Assembly (NCBI GenBank): GCA_963668025.2
Contig: CAXXTH010000019.1
Span: forward strand, 96,001 to 160,000
Reading direction: 5' to 3'
From: Candidatus Hydrogenedentota bacterium
GTDB taxonomy: Bacteria; Hydrogenedentota; Hydrogenedentia; Hydrogenedentales; SLHB01
Length of the DNA: 64,000 nt
The notes under the pieces are model-generated. The model ran no database searches. It had not been told where the DNA came from and saw only the letters and a program-made list of their open reading frames with translations. A program made the translations under genes and the position numbers. Shown here in pieces: positions 1 to 9,168 of the stretch (positions are counted from its first letter, which is position 1; each line of letters begins with the position of its first letter).

Positions 1-1
1 C

Positions 2-244
2 ATGAATAGCGGAACGCTTCCCGGCGAGGGGCCGGAAAAACTGCGCGCCCTGGAACAAGCCAGAAACCGCTGCACCGCCCCCATGGCGGTGGCCCGGCTC
101 AACATCGAGATCGCCAATTATTATCTCCACGAGATGAACAATGTCGATAAAGCGCGCGATTTGGGCACTCAGGCCTTGAATAGCGACGACCCCACCGCCA
201 TCGCATTGGCGCGGAATTTCTTGGATGGATTGCATGAACCCTGA
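2..244 (+). CDS. C-terminal part of a helical-repeat (TPR-like) protein, 5' end probably outside the window
   Basis: Amphipathic helical pattern (ARLNIEIANYYLHEMNNVDKARDLGTQAL); ORF begins at the window edge. Confidence 0.4.
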   Translation: MNSGTLPGEGPEKLRALEQARNRCTAPMAVARLNIEIANYYLHEMNNVDKARDLGTQALNSDDPTAIALARNFLDGLHEP

Positions 245-312
245 GATCGGCCACAAGAGGCACGGATCTTTCACCACGAAGGGCGCGAAGAACACGAAGT
301 TATTTTTTGTAA

Positions 313-1635
313 ATGCGGCCACGACACGATGAGTGGGATGCTGTTTTTGGGATGTGGCATTTGCTAGAACACCAAATGAAGACGACTGAAAAGAGACTTG
401 CGCGGCTGAGTCCCTCCGGTGGAGGAAGGGGGGGTGGTGTCCTTGCTCTGAGGACTCGTCCCCTCGCACGCGTGTTTGTGGTGCTCGTAGTGCTTATCGT
501 TATGCTGGCGCTAACCGGGGAGGGTGAAGGATCCGAGACGGTTCCGCGCCCGCTTCCGCCGAGCAAACGATTTGAGGTTTTTTCTCTCCTGCTGGATCGC
601 GAGGCCAAGATTCGGAACTTGTTCATCTCGTATGTTTGGACGGAAACAGGCATGGATAGGCCTCCCACACAGACCAAGATTGAATGGGCTATGTGCGGCG
701 AGAAGCGCTACCGAAAGTCCTGGTGGTCAACACCTGTCGGCGAGCCGCTGCCGGAACGTTGGAGTACGGCTGTCTGGAATGGTAAGCTGTTGAAGGCATA
801 CGACTCGGGGACGGACAATGGGTCGGTCAGGGCAGAGTTCGACCCTCTCAATCAGATCGAGGACACTCCCCATACTTGGGAAAACTATGGACATATGCTT
901 GGCAGCCCCCAGAGGGGATCACTTGGCCACTTGATTGCCGCCACGCCTGAGGAGAAGTGGCTGATGGAATGGGCCGATGCCGACACCAGGCAGAGCGTCA
1001 TTCTTTCCACGCAGACCTTAAAGGGCAAATACACGGAGGGTAAACGCTACGAGTGGATCGTGGATATCGAGAAGGGAGGGATGATAACCGCCGCTACGGT
1101 GTATATTCATCCGCCAGCCAGTATACCGACCGATGACAAATGGTTTGAGTTCGTGCACTACACCGCAACTGAATCGCGAGAAGTCAAGCCCGGGCTGTGG
1201 TTCGCAACCAAGGCTGACGGCTCATTGCGATATAATGACGAGGCGGGAGCCCTGGTCGTCATAAATGATCATACAGAGATCAACGACATTCAGGTCAACC
1301 AACCCGAGGAAGCAATTCGCAACCTCTTTGAGTTCGAATTTCCCAAAGGCTCAATGTATTACGATTTCGTCTTGGACTCGTCCATGGTTGCCGGAATGCG
1401 GGATCGTTCGGACGTAGTAAAAGAGATCGAGGCTAAGGTGTTCGAATTGCGTGATCACCTCCCTCCTCCGCCATCGATCGGCTCCGAAAACACTCTGGCC
1501 CCCGAGACGCCTGTTGCCCGTCACCCCGAACCGGGGAGAGGCGGAAGCATGTGGCTACTCGCCGCTGGTGTCTTTGCCGCGCTAGCTCTCACGATTCTGG
1601 GCTGGCGCCTATGGAGTAGAAATAGAAAGGTCTAA
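313..1635 (+). CDS. Exported hypothetical protein with N-terminal hydrophobic segment and C-terminal membrane anchor (true start probably downstream of 313)
   Basis: 440-aa ORF; VFVVLVVLIVMLAL segment; Pro-rich linker, TM helix and basic tail (WRLWSRNRKV). Confidence 0.65.
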   Translation: MRPRHDEWDAVFGMWHLLEHQMKTTEKRLARLSPSGGGRGGGVLALRTRPLARVFVVLVVLIVMLALTGEGEGSETVPRPLPPSKRFEVFSLLLDREAKIRNLFISYVWTETGMDRPPTQTKIEWAMCGEKRYRKSWWSTPVGEPLPERWSTAVWNGKLLKAYDSGTDNGSVRAEFDPLNQIEDTPHTWENYGHMLGSPQRGSLGHLIAATPEEKWLMEWADADTRQSVILSTQTLKGKYTEGKRYEWIVDIEKGGMITAATVYIHPPASIPTDDKWFEFVHYTATESREVKPGLWFATKADGSLRYNDEAGALVVINDHTEINDIQVNQPEEAIRNLFEFEFPKGSMYYDFVLDSSMVAGMRDRSDVVKEIEAKVFELRDHLPPPPSIGSENTLAPETPVARHPEPGRGGSMWLLAAGVFAALALTILGWRLWSRNRKV

Positions 1636-1640
1636 TCGCA

Positions 1641-2006
1641 GTGAAAGTGAAGTGGCTTCATGCCAGCCCGATGATTATCTTCGCCAGCATCGTAGCAGTG
1701 GTTTTCGGCGTTTCCGCGGAAGAGAAGGATTTCACCACTGGCGATGCGGCGGCGAAGCCAGCAGATCAGTCTGCATGGCGTTCGGAGTGCGCTGATGCCT
1801 CGTGTGGTGCCGACTCGCTGTACTTCTTATGCATGTGCTATGGGTTCCCGATCAGCCACGAGGACTTGGTCTTCATGCTGTCACCCGATGACCTCGGCGT
1901 GTCCATGCGTTCGATCAAAGAAGTGGCGGAACAGATTGGGTTCTCGGCTCACGTCTACGAAGTAACCATAAGAAACGCCCTGGATCCCCGCTTTCGGGCC
2001 TGTTGA
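1641..2006 (+). pseudogene. Truncated C39-peptidase-like protein with signal peptide
   Basis: SCGADSLY and GVSMRSIKEVAEQIGF match the N-half of C39-like domains; the frame runs into a REP/MITE at ~1972 before a catalytic His is reached. Confidence 0.55.
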
Positions 2007-2150
2007 TTTAATGTATTAATATAATAGTGATTGTGAGAACCCGGCTTCGGAGAATGCTCCAGATTGCATGATCTCTACATCGGCAAGGTGGTGTTTCGAT
2101 GACCAAAAAACGACGTTGGATCTGGCTTTCTGGACTTAATCGACAGGCCC
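1996..2150. mobile_element. 155-bp MITE inserted into a REP-like palindrome
   Basis: TIRs GGGCCTGTTGATT / AATCGACAGGCCC; TTTC duplicated at 1992-1995 and 2151-2154; the flanks rejoin into the REP seen intact at 16213-16255. Confidence 0.75.
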
Positions 2151-2271
2151 TTTCGAGGGAATGACACAGTGGGTGATATTTCCTTGGTCCGCCAGGAGGG
2201 TTTGAAGCCCTCGGGAGCATATGTTAAGATATTGATATTGCAAAAGTTGTGACACTTCAGGAGCTAAATTC

Positions 2272-3987
2272 GTGCTAGGACAACGCGCATTCGAGAAACA
2301 CTTGGTCCGGGAAGGCATTGTGGATGAAGACCGCTTGGCGAAGGCCAAGGCGGAAGCGGCGCGCATCGACGCCAAGCTAGTGGATGTCATGCTGCAGATC
2401 GGCCTTGCCACTGCGGAAACCTTGTATAAGGCGCTCGCCGCTTTTTGTGAACTGCGGTATGTCACCCCATCCAAAATGGAGATTGCGGCGGACTTGAGCG
2501 AGAAAGTGCCCGCCCGGTTCGCCTCCCACTATCAATTCGTGCCCATCGAGGAACGCAATGGCACCCTCGTGGTGGCGGTGAGCGATCCACTGAACAACCA
2601 GCTCCTGGATGACATACGCCTCGTCCTCAAGCGGCGCATCGAGGCCGTCGTCACCACGCCCCAGGAAATTGCCAATACCCTCAAGACCATTTATGGCGTG
2701 GGCGCGGATACGGTCGAACGCATTCTGGTCGAATCGGAGCAATCGGGCGAGATTCTCAACCTCGACCGGGCCGTCAAAGAGGCTGATCTTGATGAAGAGA
2801 ACATGGAAGCCTCGATCATCAAGTTCGTGAACGAATTGTTCTCGGAGGCTATTCGGGCCGACGCCACGGACGTACATATCGAACCTTTCGAAGACCTGCT
2901 CCGCGTGCGGTTCCGCATAGACGGCGTCCTCCACGCCATCCCGGTGCCGCCATCAATCCGGGGATTCCACACGGCCATCGTATCGCGCGTGAAAATTATG
3001 GCCAATCTGAACATCGCCGAGCGACGCCTGCCTCAAGACGGCAAAATCCGCGCCTCGCTGGGCGAAGAACAGTTCGACCTGCGCGTATCCATTCTGCCCA
3101 CGCCGTATGGCGAGACGGTGAACCTGCGTATCTTGAACCGCGCCTCGATGTTCATGACGATGGACCAGCTCGGGTTCATGAAGGAAGACCTCGAATTATT
3201 CAACACCTTTATTCGCCGGCCTTATGGCATGATCCTCGTGACGGGCCCCACCGGCAGCGGTAAAACCACCACGCTATACGCCGCATTGAGCAAATTGAAC
3301 GGCCTTGAACATAAAATCATCACCATTGAAGATCCCATTGAATACCAGCTCAAAGGCGTCACGCAGATGCAGGTGATGCCGCAGATCGGATTCGACTTCG
3401 CGGCGGCCTTGCGCTCGATGCTGCGCCATGACCCCGATATCATGCTTGTAGGCGAAATCCGCGACCAAGAGACCGCCGAAATGGCCGTCCGTTCGAGCTT
3501 GACCGGCCACTTGGTGTTCAGCACGCTCCACACTAACGACGCCGCCGGGGCCGTGACCCGCTTAACGGACTTGGGCCTCGAACCGTTCCTCATCGCGAGC
3601 ACCATGATCGCCTCGATCGCCCAGCGCCTCGTGCGCCGCGTGTGCCGCCATTGCGCCGAGGAATTTGTACCGGATGAGCGGCTGCTGCGGGAGTTTGGCG
3701 TAGACCCATCAGAAGCCCAGGGCGCGACGTTCCGCAGGGGCGTGGGATGCGACCATTGCCTGCATACGGGCTACCATGGCCGGGTGGCGATTTACGAGAT
3801 GCTCTCGTTTACCCGCGCCATCCGCGATCTGCTCGCCGAGCGGGCGTCCGGCGACCTGATCAAGCAAAAAGCCCTCGAGGAGGGCATGCGCACCTTGCGT
3901 GATTCGGGCTGGTATCGTATCCGGACGGGCCAGACCACCTTCGAGGAAGTGATGCGCGCCACCTCTGAGTCTGATATCCGGAAATAA
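2272..3987 (+). CDS. gspE: Type II secretion ATPase GspE/PulE (PilB family)
   Basis: Walker A GPTGSGKT, TIEDPIEY, LRHDPDIMLVGEIRD, TGHLVFSTLHTN, CxxC...CxxC. Confidence 0.97.
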   Translation: MLGQRAFEKHLVREGIVDEDRLAKAKAEAARIDAKLVDVMLQIGLATAETLYKALAAFCELRYVTPSKMEIAADLSEKVPARFASHYQFVPIEERNGTLVVAVSDPLNNQLLDDIRLVLKRRIEAVVTTPQEIANTLKTIYGVGADTVERILVESEQSGEILNLDRAVKEADLDEENMEASIIKFVNELFSEAIRADATDVHIEPFEDLLRVRFRIDGVLHAIPVPPSIRGFHTAIVSRVKIMANLNIAERRLPQDGKIRASLGEEQFDLRVSILPTPYGETVNLRILNRASMFMTMDQLGFMKEDLELFNTFIRRPYGMILVTGPTGSGKTTTLYAALSKLNGLEHKIITIEDPIEYQLKGVTQMQVMPQIGFDFAAALRSMLRHDPDIMLVGEIRDQETAEMAVRSSLTGHLVFSTLHTNDAAGAVTRLTDLGLEPFLIASTMIASIAQRLVRRVCRHCAEEFVPDERLLREFGVDPSEAQGATFRRGVGCDHCLHTGYHGRVAIYEMLSFTRAIRDLLAERASGDLIKQKALEEGMRTLRDSGWYRIRTGQTTFEEVMRATSESDIRK

Positions 3988-4003
3988 GTAGGAAGGCAAA
4001 CCC

Positions 4004-5215
4004 ATGCCGCAATACCGCTACCAAGTGAAAAAAGGCCCCGGCCAGCCTGTTTCAGGCATGCTCGAAGCCGAAAACCAGCGCGCCGCCGTGGCCCGCCTGC
4101 GCGACATGGGGTATGTGCCCATCCATATTGAAGAATACGCTGAGGAGAACAAGAAAGAGTCATTGCGCCATGCCTTTGTGCGCGTGCGCCTCAAAGACCG
4201 CAACGTCTTCTTCCGGCAACTTGCCAACCTATTCGAATCGGGCATGGTCCTCACGCGCGCCCTCTCGACCATTATTCAGCAAACGCAGAACGCAAAACTG
4301 GTCAAAGTCGTTGAACAGCTCCGCGAAGATGTGCAGAAAGGCAGCACCTTCGCGGAAGCCATGGAACACCACCCGAAGGTGTTTCCCCCGATGTTTTGCA
4401 GCCTGGTGCGCGCGGGTGAAGCGGGCGGCATGCTCGATGAAGTGTTCTGGCGCATGGTGGCCTTTGGCGAACAAGAAGAAGAACTGCGAGGCAAAGCCAT
4501 CACGGCCGCGGTCTATCCCATTTTTCTCTTCATCATGGGTTTCTCGGCGGTGTTTATTTTAATTACGTTCGTGTTTCCAAAATTCACCAAAGTGTTCGAG
4601 GATTTTAACGCCAGCCTGCCCTGGCCCACCGTGGTGGTCATGGGCCTTTGCGACTTTATGTCCCACTATTGGTGGCTGGTGCTGATGGTGCTCTTCGGGT
4701 TCGTGATGGGCTTCATTACATGGGTGCGCACCGAAAAAGGCCGGGTCATTTTCGACACGAATATTCTAAAAGTGCCCGTAGTGGGGACGGTGGTGCAGAA
4801 ATACCAGATGTCCCAGTTCTCGCGCGTCCTCGGGACGCTACTCGATAATGGCGTGCCGGTGCTGTCGGGATTGCGCATCACCGTGGACACGCTGACCAAC
4901 AAAGCCATCGCAGCGGAACTGGCGGTCGCACAAGAACGCGTGGCGGAGGGCGACAGCATCAGCTCAAGCCTCGAACACACCAAGCATTTCCCGCCGGTGG
5001 TCATTAGCATGTTCGCCGTGGGCGAGGAAAGCGGGCGCTTGGGCGCGGTGACAAAACGCATGGCCGACGCCTATGATATCGAAGTGGACCGGGCCGTGAA
5101 AGCCATGACGGCCTTGCTCGAACCGGTCATGATTGTAATTATGGGCGGCATCATCGGATTCCTGGTGATCGCCATGCTGCTGCCCATGCTGACTTTGAGC
5201 GCGAATGTGGGATAA
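4004..5215 (+). CDS. gspF: Type II secretion inner-membrane platform protein GspF/PilC
   Basis: FFRQLANLFESG, AGEAGGML, VGEESGRL, LLEPVMI motifs; three TM segments. Confidence 0.96.
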   Translation: MPQYRYQVKKGPGQPVSGMLEAENQRAAVARLRDMGYVPIHIEEYAEENKKESLRHAFVRVRLKDRNVFFRQLANLFESGMVLTRALSTIIQQTQNAKLVKVVEQLREDVQKGSTFAEAMEHHPKVFPPMFCSLVRAGEAGGMLDEVFWRMVAFGEQEEELRGKAITAAVYPIFLFIMGFSAVFILITFVFPKFTKVFEDFNASLPWPTVVVMGLCDFMSHYWWLVLMVLFGFVMGFITWVRTEKGRVIFDTNILKVPVVGTVVQKYQMSQFSRVLGTLLDNGVPVLSGLRITVDTLTNKAIAAELAVAQERVAEGDSISSSLEHTKHFPPVVISMFAVGEESGRLGAVTKRMADAYDIEVDRAVKAMTALLEPVMIVIMGGIIGFLVIAMLLPMLTLSANVG

Positions 5216-5309
5216 TTAATGGGCAATATTTTACAACAAACAGATGGATTTGGCTGCAACGCTTGCGGTTAATCCATGACTCCCCGTTCGGAAAACAGGA
5301 GCATTGAGC

Positions 5310-5525
5310 ATGCACCACGAGTTTCACGCCATTCTCGAACAAGATGGGGAATGGTATATCGCATACTGTCCGGAGGTGCCCGGAGCCAATGGACAGGGGC
5401 GGACAATTGAAGAATGTAAGCAGAACCTGTCGGAAGCGATTTCGCTTATTTTGGAATTTCGCTTGGAAGAAGCATTGCGCGGAGTGCCTGCTGACGCCGT
5501 GCAAGACGTTGTCACCATAGAATGA
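5310..5525 (+). CDS. hicB: Short HicB-family antitoxin
   Basis: WYIAYCPEVPGANGQGRTIEECKQNLSEAI matches the HicB partial RNase H fold signature; overlaps the next gene (ATGA). Confidence 0.9.
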   Translation: MHHEFHAILEQDGEWYIAYCPEVPGANGQGRTIEECKQNLSEAISLILEFRLEEALRGVPADAVQDVVTIE

Positions 5526-5716
5526 AGCGTGAAGCGCTACTCAAGCATCTCAGGCGCTTTGGTTGTCGGCTGGCGAGGGAAGGCGCATCACACTCCATTT
5601 GGTGTAATCCCGGCACGGGAGAGATACAAGCCATTCCCCGGCATGTAGAGATTGCTGAAAAGCTGGCTTTAAGCATATGCCGCAGATTATCGATACCATG
5701 CGCGGGAAAGCACTGA
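5522..5716 (+). CDS. hicA: HicA-family mRNA interferase toxin
   Basis: MKREALLKHLRRFGCRLAREGASHSIW...IPRHVEI, with the conserved GxxH. Confidence 0.9.
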   Translation: MKREALLKHLRRFGCRLAREGASHSIWCNPGTGEIQAIPRHVEIAEKLALSICRRLSIPCAGKH

Positions 5717-5730
5717 GTACATATAAAAAC

Positions 5731-5753
5731 TGGCGGGGCAAGCCCCACCCTAC
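5731..5753. repeat. GTAG-type REP-like palindrome
   Basis: Minus strand reads GTAGGGTGGGGCTTGCCCCGCCA, immediately after hicA. Confidence 0.5.
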
Positions 5754-5770
5754 GGAGGAGAAGGAAAACG

Positions 5771-6175
5771 ATGCGAGGCAATCAAGGTGGTTTCACATTA
5801 ATCGAGCTGATCCTGGTGATGGTCATCATTGGCATCCTTGCGGGAGCGGTGTCGCTCAACCTTTCTGGGCGCGTTACGGACGCCAACAAGGCGCGCGTGC
5901 AAAACGACTTGAAAATATTCGAGACGGCCATTGACATGTACGCGCTCGAACACAATGACAAATATCCCAAGACGCTCGAGGATCTCGTGAATGGTGACCG
6001 GCAATATGTAAAAGAAATGAAGAACGATCCCTGGGGCCATCCGTACAATTTTAAGGTGCCCGGCCAAAACAGACGGCCATATGACCTCTACTCGAATGGC
6101 GCGGATGAACAGCCCGGCACGGCCGATGATATCTCGATTTATGGCACAACAGGAAGCAATTCCGAAGAATCCTGA
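5771..6175 (+). CDS. gspG: Major pseudopilin GspG
   Basis: Prepilin site G|FTLIE; DPWGHPY and LYSNGADEQPGTADDI motifs. Confidence 0.95.
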   Translation: MRGNQGGFTLIELILVMVIIGILAGAVSLNLSGRVTDANKARVQNDLKIFETAIDMYALEHNDKYPKTLEDLVNGDRQYVKEMKNDPWGHPYNFKVPGQNRRPYDLYSNGADEQPGTADDISIYGTTGSNSEES

Positions 6176-6216
6176 TGTCTACAATGTATTCTACATGGCG
6201 CATTTGAGAATGCGCG

Positions 6217-6753
6217 TTGAACAGGAAGCGTATGCCTGGCGCAAGCAAACAACAGGGCTGGGAAGCCGAGGCTGGTTTCACGCTCATCGAGCTGATCGTT
6301 GTCGTGGTCATCATCATCATGATGACCGCTGCGGTAACACCCATGTTCGGGAGTTCGCTTCTCAGGGCGCGCAGTGACCGCACCACGCGCGACTTGCTCG
6401 CTTCCGCACGCCATGCCGGTGAAGAAGCGGTGCTCGAAGGAGTGGAGTTCCGCCTTTATCTCGACACAAACAAGCATACCTATTGGCTGGCGCGCTTTGA
6501 AGGCGAAAAAGAAGGCAAGGAAGTCTTCGCGCAGGTTGCCGGAAGCGAAGGTGAAGTACAAGAATTGCCGGAAAGTCTGCGCTTCGAGCGCCCTAAGGCC
6601 AAGCGGGGGGATAAGCAGGAAATCTATTACATCAGTTTTTATCCAGGCGGCTCATGTGATTACGCCGAAATTCGCATGGAAAAAAATAACCGGGATCGAG
6701 TCGAGATTGAAATCAAAGGCACGCCCAGCCGCATTAAGGTGAACGAGCGATGA
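6217..6753 (+). CDS. gspH: Minor pseudopilin GspH/FimT-like
   Basis: AG|FTLIELIVVVVII; ISFYPGGS motif; position after gspG. Confidence 0.85.
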   Translation: MNRKRMPGASKQQGWEAEAGFTLIELIVVVVIIIMMTAAVTPMFGSSLLRARSDRTTRDLLASARHAGEEAVLEGVEFRLYLDTNKHTYWLARFEGEKEGKEVFAQVAGSEGEVQELPESLRFERPKAKRGDKQEIYYISFYPGGSCDYAEIRMEKNNRDRVEIEIKGTPSRIKVNER

Positions 6754-7334
6754 ACCGCCGCAGCGCACAGCAGGGATATTTGCTCATCGAGGCCATCGTA
6801 GCCATGGCGGTGCTCAGCGCAGGGGTTGTTGCCATAAACGAATCGCTGCACCGCGCCGTGCTCCTGCGCGCCATTTCGGATGACAATACCCGGGCGGCGT
6901 TCTTTTTGAGCGATATCATGGGGCCTCTCGAAGTGCAATATAACGTGCCCGAAATGACGGTTGAAGGTTCGCTCGCCGAGAAATACGGGAGTAAAAGCAC
7001 TCGTGCGGGAACGGGTGGTTTGGAACGGTTTCGGTATCGAGTCCAAGTAGAAAACTTTGATCTGCCCATGCCCGCGCTTCCGCCGGATCTGCCTCCTGAA
7101 ATGTTCATGGCGCTCGAAGAGGCGGGGAAGAATCAGTTAAGAAAGATCAAAGCCACTATCATGTGGACGCGCGCGAGCCAGAAGTTCGAGTGTACGGCCC
7201 AGACCGTGGTGTTGCAGCAACCGGAATGGACGGATCCCCAACTCGGAACAGCAAAAGACACGGCCAAAGATCAGAAGGCGCAAGACGAGAAAACAGTAAA
7301 AACCAAGCAGAATTCCAAACTCAAAAAACAGTAA
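6750..7334 (+). CDS. gspI: Minor pseudopilin GspI-like
   Basis: QG|YLLIEAIVAMAVL prepilin-like N-terminus; operon order. Confidence 0.75.
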   Translation: MNRRSAQQGYLLIEAIVAMAVLSAGVVAINESLHRAVLLRAISDDNTRAAFFLSDIMGPLEVQYNVPEMTVEGSLAEKYGSKSTRAGTGGLERFRYRVQVENFDLPMPALPPDLPPEMFMALEEAGKNQLRKIKATIMWTRASQKFECTAQTVVLQQPEWTDPQLGTAKDTAKDQKAQDEKTVKTKQNSKLKKQ

Positions 7335-7354
7335 TCCGCAGTATCGAAACCGGC

Positions 7355-8119
7355 ATGAATAATAGGAGCAAAATGGCGAAAGGCCGTAAAAAGGGGTTCA
7401 CTCTTGCCGAGCTATTGGTGGCGTCCACGCTCGTCGCTATCGTTATGGGCTCGGTGTATACGGCTTTCTACTCCTCCATCCGCATTTGGCGCTTGGGCGA
7501 AGAAAACATGAACGCCTACCAAGATGCGCGCATCGCCTCGAATATGGTCCGCAACGACCTGGTCCGCATGATGCCGTATTCCTGGCATCTATTTGAAGGC
7601 GACGATTCCGAATTCGGATTCTACACCATTACGCCGCCCTTAGATGTCGAAACGGGCGTTATCCCACGGATCATGTGGGTGCATTATGAAGTGAAAAAAG
7701 ATGGCGATGGGGCGCTTTTGGAGCGGGATGAACAGCCGGTCGAGGGGCCGCTTCCGCTTCAATATCCCGGCATGGAAGAAGCGCCGGATATCAAGACGAA
7801 AGTCGATCTGGGCGATAAAGAAACCTTCACCGTTTCCACCAACATACTCAAAATGAAGGTCGAGTATATATGGCTTCCCGCCCCGCCAGAGATCCCGGAG
7901 GGTGGGGCCCCCACGGAAAGTGAAGCCGAAGAAGAAGCCGCCACGCTCGCGGAGCCGGTGGTGAAAGATGAACCCATGGAGGACTGGGACAAGCCGCAGG
8001 CCATGCGGATCACGTTCTTGGTCCATGATACGCGCGAAGAAAAGGAAACCACTACTTTTACGGCATATATTCCATTCAACGGCTCGCCGCCGACGCTCAC
8101 AGCGGAGGATATGGAATAA
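7355..8119 (+). CDS. gspJ: Minor pseudopilin GspJ-like (start 7355 or 7373, not 7163)
   Basis: KG|FTLAELLVASTLV; C-terminal PQAMRITF. Confidence 0.82.
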   Translation: MNNRSKMAKGRKKGFTLAELLVASTLVAIVMGSVYTAFYSSIRIWRLGEENMNAYQDARIASNMVRNDLVRMMPYSWHLFEGDDSEFGFYTITPPLDVETGVIPRIMWVHYEVKKDGDGALLERDEQPVEGPLPLQYPGMEEAPDIKTKVDLGDKETFTVSTNILKMKVEYIWLPAPPEIPEGGAPTESEAEEEAATLAEPVVKDEPMEDWDKPQAMRITFLVHDTREEKETTTFTAYIPFNGSPPTLTAEDME

Positions 8120-9168
8120 TGCGCCGCAAAAACGGGTTCGTATTGATTTTCGTGCTGTGGGTGCTGGCGATTTTGACCGTGATGACCCTCGGATTCGGCC
8201 GCCGCGCGCTGCTTGACGCCCGTTCGGCTTCGTATACGCTTGATGAAGTGCAGGCGCGGGCCGAAGCGAAGGGCGCTGTGTTCCGCGCCATCGCGGACAT
8301 GAAACAGCGGCAACTGATGTTCTCGATCCTCGGCGCCGCCATGACCGCCGATCCGCAAAACGCCAATTTAGCGGGCTTCGCCAAACAGCAGGAAAACATC
8401 TTTCTCCCCCATGACGCATCGAATACCTACGCCAGCGCGGAAGCAGGCGGAGGCAATGCGCCCGCAAGCGCCGCCCCTCCCCCCGCACAAGGAGCCGGAG
8501 GCGAAACAGCAGGGTCTTCTGAATCCAAAGACGAATGCGGATATCGCATCGAAGATGAAGAACGCCGCTTCAACATCAATACCGTGCCGGAGCAAATCCT
8601 GGATAATATCGAGATCCTGGATTTCCGTACGGCGGAGGCCATCATCGAGCGCACGCGGAAAAACGATGAAGGCGACGCGGAGCCCTTCATGGCTATCGAG
8701 GAGCTGCTATTCCTTCGAGGCATGGAAGAAGAAACCTTTACAGGCGAAGACGGCCAGCCAGGTTTGCGCGACATTTTTACGGTATATGGCGATGGAAAAG
8801 TGAACATCAACACGGCGTCAAGGGCCGTGTTGATGGGCATTCCGGATATAGATGAGGATTCGGTTGACGCCATTGTGGCGTTTCTAAATGGCATGGATCA
8901 GAAGAGATACACGGCCGATGATCAAATGGTGTCTTCCTTTGATGCGCTTCAATCCGAACTCAAGCTTGATCCAGCCGTCGTGACGCTGCTTAATCAGTAT
9001 TGCAAGACCGAGTCAGAGTTCTATAGAATTATTGGATATTCGACCCGCCGAAACGGACGAGTACGCGCGACATGCACCGCCGTATGCCAGATTAAGGGCT
9101 TGGCTAATCCAAAGGATGAATTTGTGATTTCAATGCTAGACTGGAAGGAGAGTGTCGGTGGCCCGTAA
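8119..9168 (+). CDS. gspK: Minor pseudopilin GspK
   Basis: G|FVLIFVLWVLAIL lacking E5; DEERRFNIN, FMAIEELLFLRG, KVNINTASRAVL. Confidence 0.93.
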   Translation: MRRKNGFVLIFVLWVLAILTVMTLGFGRRALLDARSASYTLDEVQARAEAKGAVFRAIADMKQRQLMFSILGAAMTADPQNANLAGFAKQQENIFLPHDASNTYASAEAGGGNAPASAAPPPAQGAGGETAGSSESKDECGYRIEDEERRFNINTVPEQILDNIEILDFRTAEAIIERTRKNDEGDAEPFMAIEELLFLRGMEEETFTGEDGQPGLRDIFTVYGDGKVNINTASRAVLMGIPDIDEDSVDAIVAFLNGMDQKRYTADDQMVSSFDALQSELKLDPAVVTLLNQYCKTESEFYRIIGYSTRRNGRVRATCTAVCQIKGLANPKDEFVISMLDWKESVGGP

